Virus record (IMG/VR): IMGVR_UViG_3300027985_000843
Location: 307,740 to 371,739 of that record
DNA length: 64,000 nucleotides
Strand: one strand, 5' to 3'
The notes under the pieces were generated by a model. It saw only the letters and a program-made list of their open reading frames with translations. It was not told where the DNA came from and did no database searches. This document shows, in pieces, positions 38,906-48,692 of this stretch. Position numbers and translations under genes: made by a program. Within the stretch, counting starts at the first letter, position 1, and each line of letters begins with the position of its first letter.

Positions 38906-40494
38906 CGGACTTCCGCCCATTCCCCTGCACGGCCTGCGGAGCCACCGTGAGCCTCGCCGCCGGCAAGGGGCGTACGCGCCTCATGGCCCCCGGAGTCGAA
39001 AGCCCCATCCCGGAGGACTTCCTCTTGCCCACGTGCGAGGAGTGCGGGGAGATCTTCTATTCCCCTGAGTTTTCAGAGCCCTTGGACCAGCTCATCAAAC
39101 AAAAGGCCCCCTAGCCGTTTGTAGGGAGCCTCTGCGAAACGCAACACGACAAGCATACACCGACAATTCGACCGAGCGGGCGATTATTTGTCTCAGACAA
39201 GTCCGCTGGCCCGTTTGTAGAGCATGAAGCCCTTGATCATGTTCTCGCTTGTCGTTCTTCTGCTCGCCATCTCCGCTTGGGCCGCCATCTCCGGATGGGG
39301 TATGCCCGGCCTGTTCTACGGCTGGGTATCCGCCTTCAGCCTGCTTACGGCTGAAAGAGTCCTCCGGTCCGTCTCCTGAGGCGGTGTATGGTCCGAGTAT
39401 GCCTAACTCGGACTTCTGCATCACGTTCAAGGACGGTCAGCCTGTTGCCGCCAAGAGGCTCCCTGACGGGGTCTCCTACGGCATCAGGCACTACAACGAT
39501 GCCATCGCGGTCGTCATCTCAGCCACGAGCCTTCTAGCCGCCGTCACCGAGGCCACAAGCCTATTGTCTGATGGGGACAACCCGTGAGCACGAACGATGA
39601 GCCCCTCCCCGACTTTCGAAACGGCATGTATGTGCGCGTAGAGCGGGTAACATCCGGCACATGGTCCGCTCACCTGATGAAGCCTGTGGGCATGTTCAGG
39701 AAGAGCAAGATCGTCCGTTCGGTCCACGGAACATCTGATGTCAATGCCGCTCAAGCCATGCTCGCCTCCCTCAGGGAAGAGGTGTCCGAGCCTACCATGA
39801 TCCGCGTCATTGCCAGCCAACCCTATACAGCCCTCATCGAACCATGAGCCTTGACCAAGACCACCTCATCATCGTCCTACGCTGGGAGTAACGCCATGCA
39901 CACCACAAGCGGCCTCGCCAAAGATGGAACCGAATTCCACCTCCACCACAACAGCGACTTCTCAGGCAATGCATCCCTCGTCCTGCACCAACCAGGTACC
40001 AGCCACTCCAACGATAAACGAATTGAACTCCCAGGAGAGGTCGTCAAAGCCCTCGCCATGCTCATCGCCGCCGATGTCATCCGAACCGCCGTCCAAGAAG
40101 CTGTCGAACTCGCCATCAAGAACACAGTACGATGACCCTCGTCTTCCTCGCCCTTCTGCTGATCGCCATCGTCGCAGTCACGTGCCACGTGCTGTATCAC
40201 ATCGGCTTCGAACGCGGGCACGCCGCCGGCTGCCAGTTCATCATCGAACGTGATGAAGCCATTCGAGCAAACGAAGTACGACAGAACCGAAAGTCCTAGA
40301 CTATGGTCCTCAAGGTCTCCTGCAAACACGAACTCATTCTCCAAGAGGAATCCTTCACGTGGTGCCGGTCCTGCGGCGCCATCAAGATCAAGGGCCGGTG
40401 GCGCCACCCCCACCGCAACCAAACGAAGGGCCAGGACTTCGCGTGCTTCGTCGACCGGGGTATCCCCCTGTCCAAGCACAGTGTATGATCGGGC

Positions 40495-40764
40495 ATGGTC
40501 GACATCAAACGCGGAACCTTCTTCGACATAGGTCACGGCGTCACCCTCGAACCCGTCTACTTCGACGGTAGCTTGGAGGCCGTCGAATACACCCACCCGG
40601 ACAAGGAGGGCAAGCCGTGCGTCGGCTGGGTCCCCCTCAAGCCCCGAAACAAGCTCGGTTGGGACCTCCTCAACGAGGAACCGCTGACCCTGTCCCCCTC
40701 CCTGCTATGCCGCCGCTGCGGCCATCACGGATTCATCCGAAACGGCAAATGGGTGCCCGCCTGA
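40495..40764 (+). CDS. DUF6527-like protein
   Basis: PLTLSPSLLCRRCGHHGFIRNGKW. Confidence 0.7.
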   Translation: MVDIKRGTFFDIGHGVTLEPVYFDGSLEAVEYTHPDKEGKPCVGWVPLKPRNKLGWDLLNEEPLTLSPSLLCRRCGHHGFIRNGKWVPA

Positions 40765-40801
40765 CTGCCTCGTAAAGGCCCGGCCGGTGTATCTTGGTGT
40801 G

Positions 40802-41368
40802 GTGAGTGATACGACCAAGATCCAAAGCCATCTGGAAAAGAGGCTCAAGGCGATCCAAGGCCGCCACAACTTCAATCCTCGGGTGGGCTCTCGACAGGTC
40901 AGAGAACACCCTGAACTCCGTCAGGAGTTCGGAGCTTTCCAAGAGTTGCTCAAGCTCCTGGAGGTGCTTGATCTGGACATCGCTATCCCGTACGACCCCG
41001 CTGGACTCGACATCAGAAAAACCACCAAGGTCGAAGCGAAACCGGTGTACGTGTATTTCATGCGAGAGCAGGGTGACCCTATCTGGAAGATAGGATACTC
41101 CAGCAACCTGTACCAGAGAAAGGGCGGTGTTCAGACGGGAAACTCCAACTACGTCGGCATCGTGCACAAGATCGCATGCAAGGACGTGGAGGAAGCTCGC
41201 TCACGTGAGAAGCAACTACACCGCTACTTCGAGAAGCTCAAGACGCGTCACCACAACAGCTCCGTGAAGGGAGAGTGGTATCGAATCCGACCGTCCGAGG
41301 TCACTGCCACTGTCAAACGGCTGAAGACCGAAGGATGGGATTGGTTGAAAGCAGGACGGCCCTCTTGA
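40802..41368 (+). CDS. T5orf172/GIY-YIG family nuclease
   Basis: VYVYF...KIGYSSNLYQR...VQTGN...EKQLHRYF...GEWY; class II promoter; stop abuts the cas ORF. Confidence 0.85.
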   Translation: MSDTTKIQSHLEKRLKAIQGRHNFNPRVGSRQVREHPELRQEFGAFQELLKLLEVLDLDIAIPYDPAGLDIRKTTKVEAKPVYVYFMREQGDPIWKIGYSSNLYQRKGGVQTGNSNYVGIVHKIACKDVEEARSREKQLHRYFEKLKTRHHNSSVKGEWYRIRPSEVTATVKRLKTEGWDWLKAGRPS

Positions 41369-43663
41369 ATGGCCGGAACAAAGGTGGCCTACGACCTATT
41401 GAACGGTAGGACCCATGCACATACGCATAACCCAGACGAGATGAACATGACGAAAAAGCAGTATTCGACAGCCCGCAAAGTGTCCAAGACACCCACCAGG
41501 AACTTCGTGTACGGAGTGGGCAACAAGGGTGAACAGCCCTTCCCCAAAGATATCATCCAGGACCAGTTGTGGAAGGCCCACGACTACAAGGCAACTGTGC
41601 TGTGGAACCATTGCCTGAGGGTCGACGAAGAGACCGCAATCCTGTGTGAGGTCGAACCCCGCCTGACGGAGCTGGACCAGCAAGCCAAAGAGCTGTCCGC
41701 TGAAATCAAAACCATGCGGACCGAACTGAACATCCCCAAGGGGTGTCGGGACGACTCCCCCGAGAGTGCAGCCATCAAGGCACTCACAATCCAGCGAAGC
41801 AGCATCTACGAGGAGATGTCGACGCTCCGTAAGGCGGCATTCAAGACGATCGAAGGCCCCCAGAAAGAATTCGATGAGGCGCTGGGGCAAGCCCTCTTGA
41901 AGATGGCCGCCGAACGTGATCCCAGCTTCGCCCCTCTCCTCGACGGGTGTCCCAAGGACGAAGACCCCGACGAGTTCAAGAAGAAGGTGACTCGGGCAAT
42001 CAACACCATCGGCCCGCGTAACCCCGAACGGGTTGCCTTGGTCAAACGCATGACTGACGAGATGCTCTCCAGTGACGCGGTTCCCGACTTGATGAAGCGG
42101 CTCAAGGAGGTCGAACGGCGCTGCCACGAGAAGAACACCTTGGCACGCAATAACTCCGGGTGCTTCTCCGGGACCTATCAAGCCGTCGACAGCGCCGTCA
42201 AAGACGCCATCCGGAAGTCCTACCGCCCCAGGATCCCCAAGTACGAGCACACGGGCAAGATCGGCATCCAGCTGACCAAGGGGATCAACACCAAGGGCGA
42301 GGTCGTCAAGGGGCTGCCCGTCTCCAGTGTGTTCGACACCCGCCAGAAGTTCTCCCTCGAACTGCTCCCGAACCACAAGGTCTACGGAGCTGCTGGCAAG
42401 AAGATAAAAGTGATGGCCCGGGCTCGAATCCGAGTCAAGCGAAACGTCTGCGTGGAAGCTCTCGTTGTCCTGCACCGACCCTTGCCTGAAGACGGATTGA
42501 TCAAGTGGGCCTACCTGGAGGTCAAAAAGGACGGCCTCCGAACCCGCTACGAACTCCGGCTGGTTATCGAGTTCACTCCCCAGCCCAAGCCCCGAACCAA
42601 CAGTAAGCTGCCCCTGCTCGCCATCAACCTCGGGTACCGATCCATGGATGATGGCACCATCCGACTCGCTACCACTTGGGACGGCGAGAATATCGGAGGC
42701 ATCACCCTGCCCGCCCACATCAAAGAAGACGAGGACCTCTCACGCCGGCTCGAAAGCTACGCGGGGAAGCACTTCACGTACGTCAAGAAAGAGCTGTCGA
42801 AGTGGAAGGGCAAGAACAAGAAGGACCTGCCAGAAGACCTGAAGGACTTCCTCCAGTTCAGCGGGCAGTGGCGTGCTCATGGTAAGCTCGCAAAGGCTAC
42901 TCGCATGATGGTCAATGCCTTCGTCCCGGAAGCCAGGGAGACCATCAAGCGACTGTGGCACGAGTGGCGCGTGGAACGTCTCAGTACAGGGGAAGGTGTC
43001 TTCCGTGTGCCCCGGAAGGGCAGCTGCCGCAAGGACTGGGAAAAGGAGGACCTGTTCGACAGCTGGCCCTTCCTGGAGGCTTGGTTCCAGAAGCATGGAG
43101 TCCGAAGCCGCGACGCCCGCTTTGCCCTGTACCTGGAATGGTGGCGCATCAAGGACGATCACCTCATCGGCCTGTCCAAGCACCTCCGAACCAGGTACAA
43201 GCTCAGGATCCGGGAAATCATTCGGATGCAAGTGGCCCGGTGGCGAGAATCCTACGAAGTCGTTGCCAGCAACGAGTGGGATATGCGGAAGACGGCCAAG
43301 AAGCCGAAGCCCGAGAACGACACCCGCACCCACCAAGAAAAGGCCGCCAACAGCGTCCGGCAGATCAGCGGGCCCGGTGCCGTAACTGCCTCTCTCAAGG
43401 AGTCCTTCAAGGGCCGTCTCATCAAGACCAACTCCAAGGACATCTCGAAGACGCACTTCGGGTGCAACGGAGAAGGCGTCGGTGTCGACGTGGACCGCTA
43501 CTGCGGCAAGTGTGGGAGGACCTACGACCAAGACGTCAACGCGGTCCTCCACACCTGGAAGGCCGCCAACGAAGTCCTCAACGGCCCGTCTGACCCATCC
43601 GAGGACAAGCCCCAGAAAGGTCCCGCGAAACGCTCGAAGCGAAGGTCCAACCTCGAAACATGA
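41369..43663 (+). CDS. cas12m: Type V-M (V-U1) Cas12m-like effector, RuvC probably inactive (alternative start ATG 41441/41447)
   Basis: Colinear motifs recalled from Cas12m: DQLWKAH, HTGKIGIQL, LHRPLPED, LAINLGYRSMDDG (RuvC-I D to N), ASNEWD, HFGC...CGKC zinc finger, YDQD; adjacent CRISPR array. Confidence 0.85.
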   Translation: MAGTKVAYDLLNGRTHAHTHNPDEMNMTKKQYSTARKVSKTPTRNFVYGVGNKGEQPFPKDIIQDQLWKAHDYKATVLWNHCLRVDEETAILCEVEPRLTELDQQAKELSAEIKTMRTELNIPKGCRDDSPESAAIKALTIQRSSIYEEMSTLRKAAFKTIEGPQKEFDEALGQALLKMAAERDPSFAPLLDGCPKDEDPDEFKKKVTRAINTIGPRNPERVALVKRMTDEMLSSDAVPDLMKRLKEVERRCHEKNTLARNNSGCFSGTYQAVDSAVKDAIRKSYRPRIPKYEHTGKIGIQLTKGINTKGEVVKGLPVSSVFDTRQKFSLELLPNHKVYGAAGKKIKVMARARIRVKRNVCVEALVVLHRPLPEDGLIKWAYLEVKKDGLRTRYELRLVIEFTPQPKPRTNSKLPLLAINLGYRSMDDGTIRLATTWDGENIGGITLPAHIKEDEDLSRRLESYAGKHFTYVKKELSKWKGKNKKDLPEDLKDFLQFSGQWRAHGKLAKATRMMVNAFVPEARETIKRLWHEWRVERLSTGEGVFRVPRKGSCRKDWEKEDLFDSWPFLEAWFQKHGVRSRDARFALYLEWWRIKDDHLIGLSKHLRTRYKLRIREIIRMQVARWRESYEVVASNEWDMRKTAKKPKPENDTRTHQEKAANSVRQISGPGAVTASLKESFKGRLIKTNSKDISKTHFGCNGEGVGVDVDRYCGKCGRTYDQDVNAVLHTWKAANEVLNGPSDPSEDKPQKGPAKRSKRRSNLET
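41377..41412 (+). CRISPR. Orphan CRISPR repeat at the 5' end of cas12m
   Basis: aacaaaggtggcctacgacctattgaacggtaggac, 31/36 identical to the array repeat. Confidence 0.85.
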
Positions 43664-43901
43664 CGTCGGCGAAGATACTTGCGCCGAACTTGCCACGCTC
43701 GGTGTAAGTATCACGAGCGGTCGAGTGCTCCGGAAAATTCGGGGACCTCTCGCACAGCTCCCAGGTGTTTGAAAACCCACGATTTCTCTGCCTCCGAGAA
43801 GGCTCAGTGGCGTGCTGGACATGCTCAACACTTGAACGAAATAAGAGGCTCTCGCAGACCCCGGTCTAAGTGACCGTATTTAGGGGTATTCTGCGATACC
43901 T
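43664..43901 (+). promoter_or_regulatory. CRISPR leader
   Basis: Non-coding gap between cas stop and first repeat; CTCTCGCA occurs twice; cggtgtaagta near 43700. Confidence 0.6.
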
Positions 43902-45175
43902 CTCAAAGGTGGCCCACGACCTATTGAATGGTGGGACATGCCTTCATCACCCCATTGCTGGCCTGGGCCGCACGCTCAAAGGTGGCCCACGACCTATTGA
44001 ATGGTGGGACCAGCAGGTGGGCCTCAGTGAGATGACGGCCCAAAGCATCTCAAAGGTGGCCCACGACCTATTGAATGGTGGGACGTTCCCGTTGCGGTAT
44101 GGCGGGATTGGCTTGAGCACTCAAAGGTGGCCCACGACCTATTGAATGGTGGGACGACCGGGTCAACGAACCTCAATCCTCAAAGGTGGTCCACGACCTA
44201 TTGAATGGTGGGACGAGTAGCCGTCCTGCTTGAGCACCCGAACTGCTCCTCTCAAAGGTGGCCCACGACCTATTGAATGGTGGGACTGGACGCCGACCTC
44301 ACCCTGCTCGCCGGGCGGCATCCTCAAAGGTGACCCACGACCTATTGAATGGTGGGGCTCATAGAACTGGCTCGTACGACCACCATACTCCCACCTCAAA
44401 GGTGACCCACGACCTATTGAATGGTGGGGCCAGAACTCAATCGGCCAAAGAAGCGCACGACGAAGAACTCAAAGGTGACCCACGACCTATTGAATGGTGG
44501 GGCGTGTAAACGCGTGCACTGACTCCTCCCGCGTCGGGCGCTCAAAGGTGACCCACGACCTATTGAATGGTGGGACAGGCGCACAATCCGGGATAGCTCA
44601 AAGGTGGCCTACGACATATCGAATGGTGGGACCTCAGCTCGCTGAGACCAAAGGTGGCCCACGACCTATTGAATGGTGGGACGACACGCTCCCGCTCACG
44701 GTCGTAGCCGTACTCCCCACCTCAAAGGTGGCCCACGACCTATTGAATGGTGGGACAGAAGTAACCCGATCTCACCTTCTTGGTCGGGCCGACTCAAAGG
44801 TGGCCCACGACCTATTGAATGGTGGGACGGTGATGAAGCCCCACGACCATGCTCTCAAAGGTGACCCACGACCTATTGAATGGTGGGGCAGTTGACTCAT
44901 CATCGGGAGTAGGGCCCCGCCTCAAAGGTGGCCCACAGCCTATTGAATGGTGGGACTACCGGCAGCCTTCCATGGGTTTCCCGCCCGTCACCTCAAAGGT
45001 GGCCCACGACCTATTGAATGGTGGGACGCGGTCCTCCTGGAGCCCCACACTTCGTGGGCACTATCGCTCAAAGGTGGCCCACGACCTATTGAATGGTGGG
45101 ACATCCTGCACCCCGAGGCCATCCAATGGCTACGTGATGCTCAAAGGTGGCCCACGACCTATTGAATGGTGGGAC
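43902..45175 (+). CRISPR. CRISPR array, 19 repeats / 18 spacers
   Basis: Repeat CTCAAAGGTGGCCCACGACCTATTGAATGGTGGGAC (36 bp); spacer lengths 37,38,35,23,36,36,36,37,37,20,14,38,36,25,31,35,39,37. Confidence 0.98.
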
Positions 45176-45216
45176 CCGAAGTAAATCAGCCTCTCGTATC
45201 GGTGTAGAGTCCCCTC

Positions 45217-45654
45217 ATGTCCAACGCCACCGACTTCGCCAAAGTCTTCCTGTCCGCCCTGTCCAAGGCCGTCGAACACAACAGCAACGCTGTCCGGGTA
45301 ATCGCTGAGACCCTCGGTGTCCCCCATCGACCCGAACTCGAAAAGGATGGACCACGAGGCCCGCGCATCAGGACCTTCTACGAGAACGGCCGCCTCAAAA
45401 GCTCTCGTGTCGGCGAACTGCTCCCGGGCTCCGTCGACAACTCTCCAGACACCTACAACAGCGTCAACGAAGCCCTCGCCCTCATGAAGAACGACACGCT
45501 CACCGGCATGTACTTCCACGCCCCGAGCCTCAACCTCGTGCTTATGACCCTCTCAGGTAAGAAGATCGGCATCCGCATGATCGACCTCCGAGGCCGCACC
45601 CCCTATCTCATCCAAGAACTCAAGAGCATGTCCGAGGCTCGTATGCTCTCGTAG
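45217..45654 (+). CDS. Hypothetical protein
   Basis: Class II promoter right after the array. Confidence 0.75.
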   Translation: MSNATDFAKVFLSALSKAVEHNSNAVRVIAETLGVPHRPELEKDGPRGPRIRTFYENGRLKSSRVGELLPGSVDNSPDTYNSVNEALALMKNDTLTGMYFHAPSLNLVLMTLSGKKIGIRMIDLRGRTPYLIQELKSMSEARMLS

Positions 45655-45844
45655 TCAGAGGTCAAGATGCGAATCAGCTATTTCACCCACGAAAATCTCA
45701 CCATCGAGGCCAGAATCCAGATCCTGAAAGACTCCATCGCCTTTCTGGATAACCGGTGGCCCAACGGCGCAATCGCCGTGCAGCTCCGAGACCGGAAGCT
45801 CAAACAGCTCCGGCACCTGGAAGCTTCGATACAGGGAGATCAAG

Positions 45845-46423
45845 ATGCAACTGTGGATTGAACACGTACAGACCCTGTGGATCCTCCAACAAGACCGGGA
45901 CGGCCTCCTCGTTGTCCTCCCGCCCAACGCGAAAGTCGTGGGCTCGGTAGATGGCAACGAAGGGACGCTGACCCCCCTGAAGGCCATCCCCACGGAAGTG
46001 CAGAAAGAAGTCCGGTCCGTTCCAAACGTGTCCGTCTACGAACTGACCCCCGACAACGCCCGCACACACAAGCACCTCTTCCTCCCCGCCGAGAACACCA
46101 TGTACTGGTGGATCATGCTCGACCCCAAGAAAGAGCACTTCGACATCGCCATCTCCATCGACGTGGTGAGCAAGGTCCGACAAGTCAGCGTCATCGCGCG
46201 GCCCGACAGGGACCCGAACGACCGCCAAATCACCCTGTTCCGACCGCCCCCCACGTGGACAGTAACCCGGCCGAAGTCCCGCCAAGAAGCCCTGGAGCGC
46301 CGCCCGAGTTACGACCGGGGCCGCCGGGACGGGGAGGCGGGCAAGTCCCCTACCGACGCCACCGATGAATACCTCGCCGGCTACACCTCCGGCCGCAAAC
46401 AATTCCTAGAAAGTCATACCTGA
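45845..46423 (+). CDS. Hypothetical protein
   Basis: GGAG SD; track ORF. Confidence 0.7.
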   Translation: MQLWIEHVQTLWILQQDRDGLLVVLPPNAKVVGSVDGNEGTLTPLKAIPTEVQKEVRSVPNVSVYELTPDNARTHKHLFLPAENTMYWWIMLDPKKEHFDIAISIDVVSKVRQVSVIARPDRDPNDRQITLFRPPPTWTVTRPKSRQEALERRPSYDRGRRDGEAGKSPTDATDEYLAGYTSGRKQFLESHT

Positions 46424-46947
46424 TGCATTCCAAAGCTTTTCACTGCTTCGACTGCGACAGTCGGGACGCGTTCCTGTACTTCGTTCACGATGACATCTGG
46501 GCCCAAGCATGGCCCGATTACCAAGAGGAGAAGGCCAAGGCCGTAGAGCGCAACGGCAAGTACCTCATCGTCAACGGTGTAAAGCGCAGCCATCCGATGA
46601 ACTGCCTGTGCCTCTGCATCCCCTGTCTGGAGAAGCGCCTCGGACGGCCCCTCACCCTCAACGACTTTGATGACTCCTCTGCCAATGATCCTGTCCGCTT
46701 TGGCTTCAGCCTCCGAACCGGCGTGCCCATGGAACCCCGTCCCAAACCTGACCTCTCGGCCTTCACCCTCAAGATCAAGAATGGCGACACCTTGATTCAC
46801 CTAGGAACCGGAACCATCTTCGAAGTCGTCGACTGCAAAGGCGCCCTCTCACCCGTCGCCGTATCCAAGGGTGTTCTCCTGCCCGAAATCCACAATGGCT
46901 GCCTCTCCAACAAGGAGTTCAAACCCAAGCCGGAGGTGACCCCGTGA
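46423..46947 (+). CDS. Hypothetical Cys/His protein, paralog of 31173..31772
   Basis: Shared N-terminal domain; different C-terminus. Confidence 0.8.
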   Translation: MHSKAFHCFDCDSRDAFLYFVHDDIWAQAWPDYQEEKAKAVERNGKYLIVNGVKRSHPMNCLCLCIPCLEKRLGRPLTLNDFDDSSANDPVRFGFSLRTGVPMEPRPKPDLSAFTLKIKNGDTLIHLGTGTIFEVVDCKGALSPVAVSKGVLLPEIHNGCLSNKEFKPKPEVTP

Positions 46948-47282
46948 TCCTCGGAACCATCCTGACTCAGTCCGACCTCGTCCAACACTACGTCGACGTC
47001 TTCAACCGAAACGAGCCCGAGGCCAAAGGCAAGTTCGAAGACGTCGAGAAGGCCGCCGACAAAGCCAGCGAAGACCTATTCAACGAGGTCCCCGAACTGG
47101 CAGAACGAATCATGGCCTCTGCCATGATTCTCACCCTCAACATCTCCCTCATCACGTATTGCCGCCCCTACACTTGCGGGTACCTCGTCGAACTCACCTC
47201 CGATAAGGCCGTCGTTCTCGTCCACGACACTGTGTGGGTCGGAACCCCCGCCGAATACCTTCTCACCTGGCAAGTGAACTGA
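46944..47282 (+). CDS. Hypothetical protein
   Basis: GGAGG SD, GTGA overlap. Confidence 0.7.
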   Translation: MILGTILTQSDLVQHYVDVFNRNEPEAKGKFEDVEKAADKASEDLFNEVPELAERIMASAMILTLNISLITYCRPYTCGYLVELTSDKAVVLVHDTVWVGTPAEYLLTWQVN

Positions 47283-47346
47283 GACACCGCCTGGCAAAAA
47301 ACACCCGGGTCTCCGAACTCCTAGCCACCGCCGTCGTAGTACCACC

Positions 47347-47622
47347 ATGGAACCAACTCAAGATCCTACCGACGCCTACTTCCAAACCATCTCCCTCGAT
47401 ACGTCCAACTACATCGGCCATACGGACGACACCGATGGTGTCGAACCCGACAAGGCTGTCCGCTACGTCCACGAATACGATTCCAACGCCACCGTTGTCG
47501 TCCTCTGGTACGCCTACGCCGGGCGTGCCTGCATCATCACCAACGGTGGTGACAAGTGGACCGACGCCGATGACCCCGAAGATGCCCTCTTCCGGTACTG
47601 CTCCGGCACGATGGTCGAGTAG
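47347..47622 (+). CDS. Hypothetical protein
   Basis: Class I promoter. Confidence 0.75.
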   Translation: MEPTQDPTDAYFQTISLDTSNYIGHTDDTDGVEPDKAVRYVHEYDSNATVVVLWYAYAGRACIITNGGDKWTDADDPEDALFRYCSGTMVE

Positions 47623-47963
47623 CCCCCGGTGTATGTTCCCACCCATGGGAACACGGCCATCCTACCGAATCTACGACTGCTGCATCTGCGGCGAAGACTC
47701 CCGAGCCTATGGAGCCCGAGAGCCCAAGCCCACCTACCCCTACTGCCACACCCACCTCATCATCGCCTTCCGACAAGAAGTCCTCGATGCCCTCACCGAA
47801 CTGGGCAAGCCCTCGACCTTCGTCGACGTGCAACACCACATCCACACCCCCTTCTCCTTCACCGTTCAAGCAGCCCTCGGCTGGCTTCACCAAAACGGCT
47901 TCGTCGACGTACAAGGCAACCTGTGGTCCGTCGTGTAGACGGTGCTGGTGTATGTTCCCTCCC

Positions 47964-48692
47964 ATGGGAATACACATCCTCGAAGGCACCAAGGTCAACG
48001 ACGGCCCCGACGCCGGTACCGCCGCCGTTCTGTACTGCTCAACGTATCTCGTCGCCCTGCCCATGATGTTCGACAACGCAGAGGAAGCCCAACGCTTCCT
48101 CGACTGGTTCGGACAAGACCCCCGCAAAGACGAATCCACCGCCTGGAAAGAATGGGAACGCTGGGTTGCCGCTGGCAAACCCGAAAAGGGCAAACCCACA
48201 AGGATCACGAAACGCCCCAACCTGCTCGACCCGCCCGTCATCGAGGCCGTCGTCAAGAAGCTCCTCCCCCAAGTCACCCTGTGGCTCGAAGAGGATATCG
48301 ATTCCATCGACCCCACCACCGACCTCACCAAAGCCATCGAAAACGCCTTCGCTTGGGACGGCTACCGCATCGCCCGAGCCCTCTCCGACCTCGGCTGGGA
48401 ACCCGACGACAGTCTCGTCAACACCCTTTCCCTATCCATCCACGAAGCCTACCTCGCCCGTGACGAAATCACCCGCCAATGGGTCGCCTCCGAAGGCATC
48501 AAGCCCACATACAAGGTCGGGGACACCGTCACCTACAAGGGCAACATCTGCGAAGTCACCAAGGTCGACGAACAACTCGCCCGCTACCTCCTCTTCTGCG
48601 AAGCCCTCGGCCACGTCCATTGCGGCCTCGGTACCCACGGCACCTACGCCAACTTCGAAGATGTCTCAGACGGTGTAGAATCCAAGGCATGA
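47964..48692 (+). CDS. Hypothetical protein
   Basis: Class II promoter. Confidence 0.7.
   Translation: MGIHILEGTKVNDGPDAGTAAVLYCSTYLVALPMMFDNAEEAQRFLDWFGQDPRKDESTAWKEWERWVAAGKPEKGKPTRITKRPNLLDPPVIEAVVKKLLPQVTLWLEEDIDSIDPTTDLTKAIENAFAWDGYRIARALSDLGWEPDDSLVNTLSLSIHEAYLARDEITRQWVASEGIKPTYKVGDTVTYKGNICEVTKVDEQLARYLLFCEALGHVHCGLGTHGTYANFEDVSDGVESKA

Noticed and set aside
41369-43663. IS200/IS605 TnpB or CasPhi (Cas12j)
   Set aside because: It is too long for TnpB, has no TnpA or IS ends, and has an adjacent array. The motif order and inactive RuvC-I fit Cas12m better than CasPhi.
44359-44720. Related spacers 7 and 12 (both end tactccc(c)ac)
   Set aside because: Only about 9 nt are shared and the rest differs; compatible with chance.
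43870-45184. Track ORFs across the CRISPR array (e.g. SKVAHDLLNGG and KGGPRPIEWW repeats)
   Set aside because: These are translations of the 36-bp repeat, not proteins.
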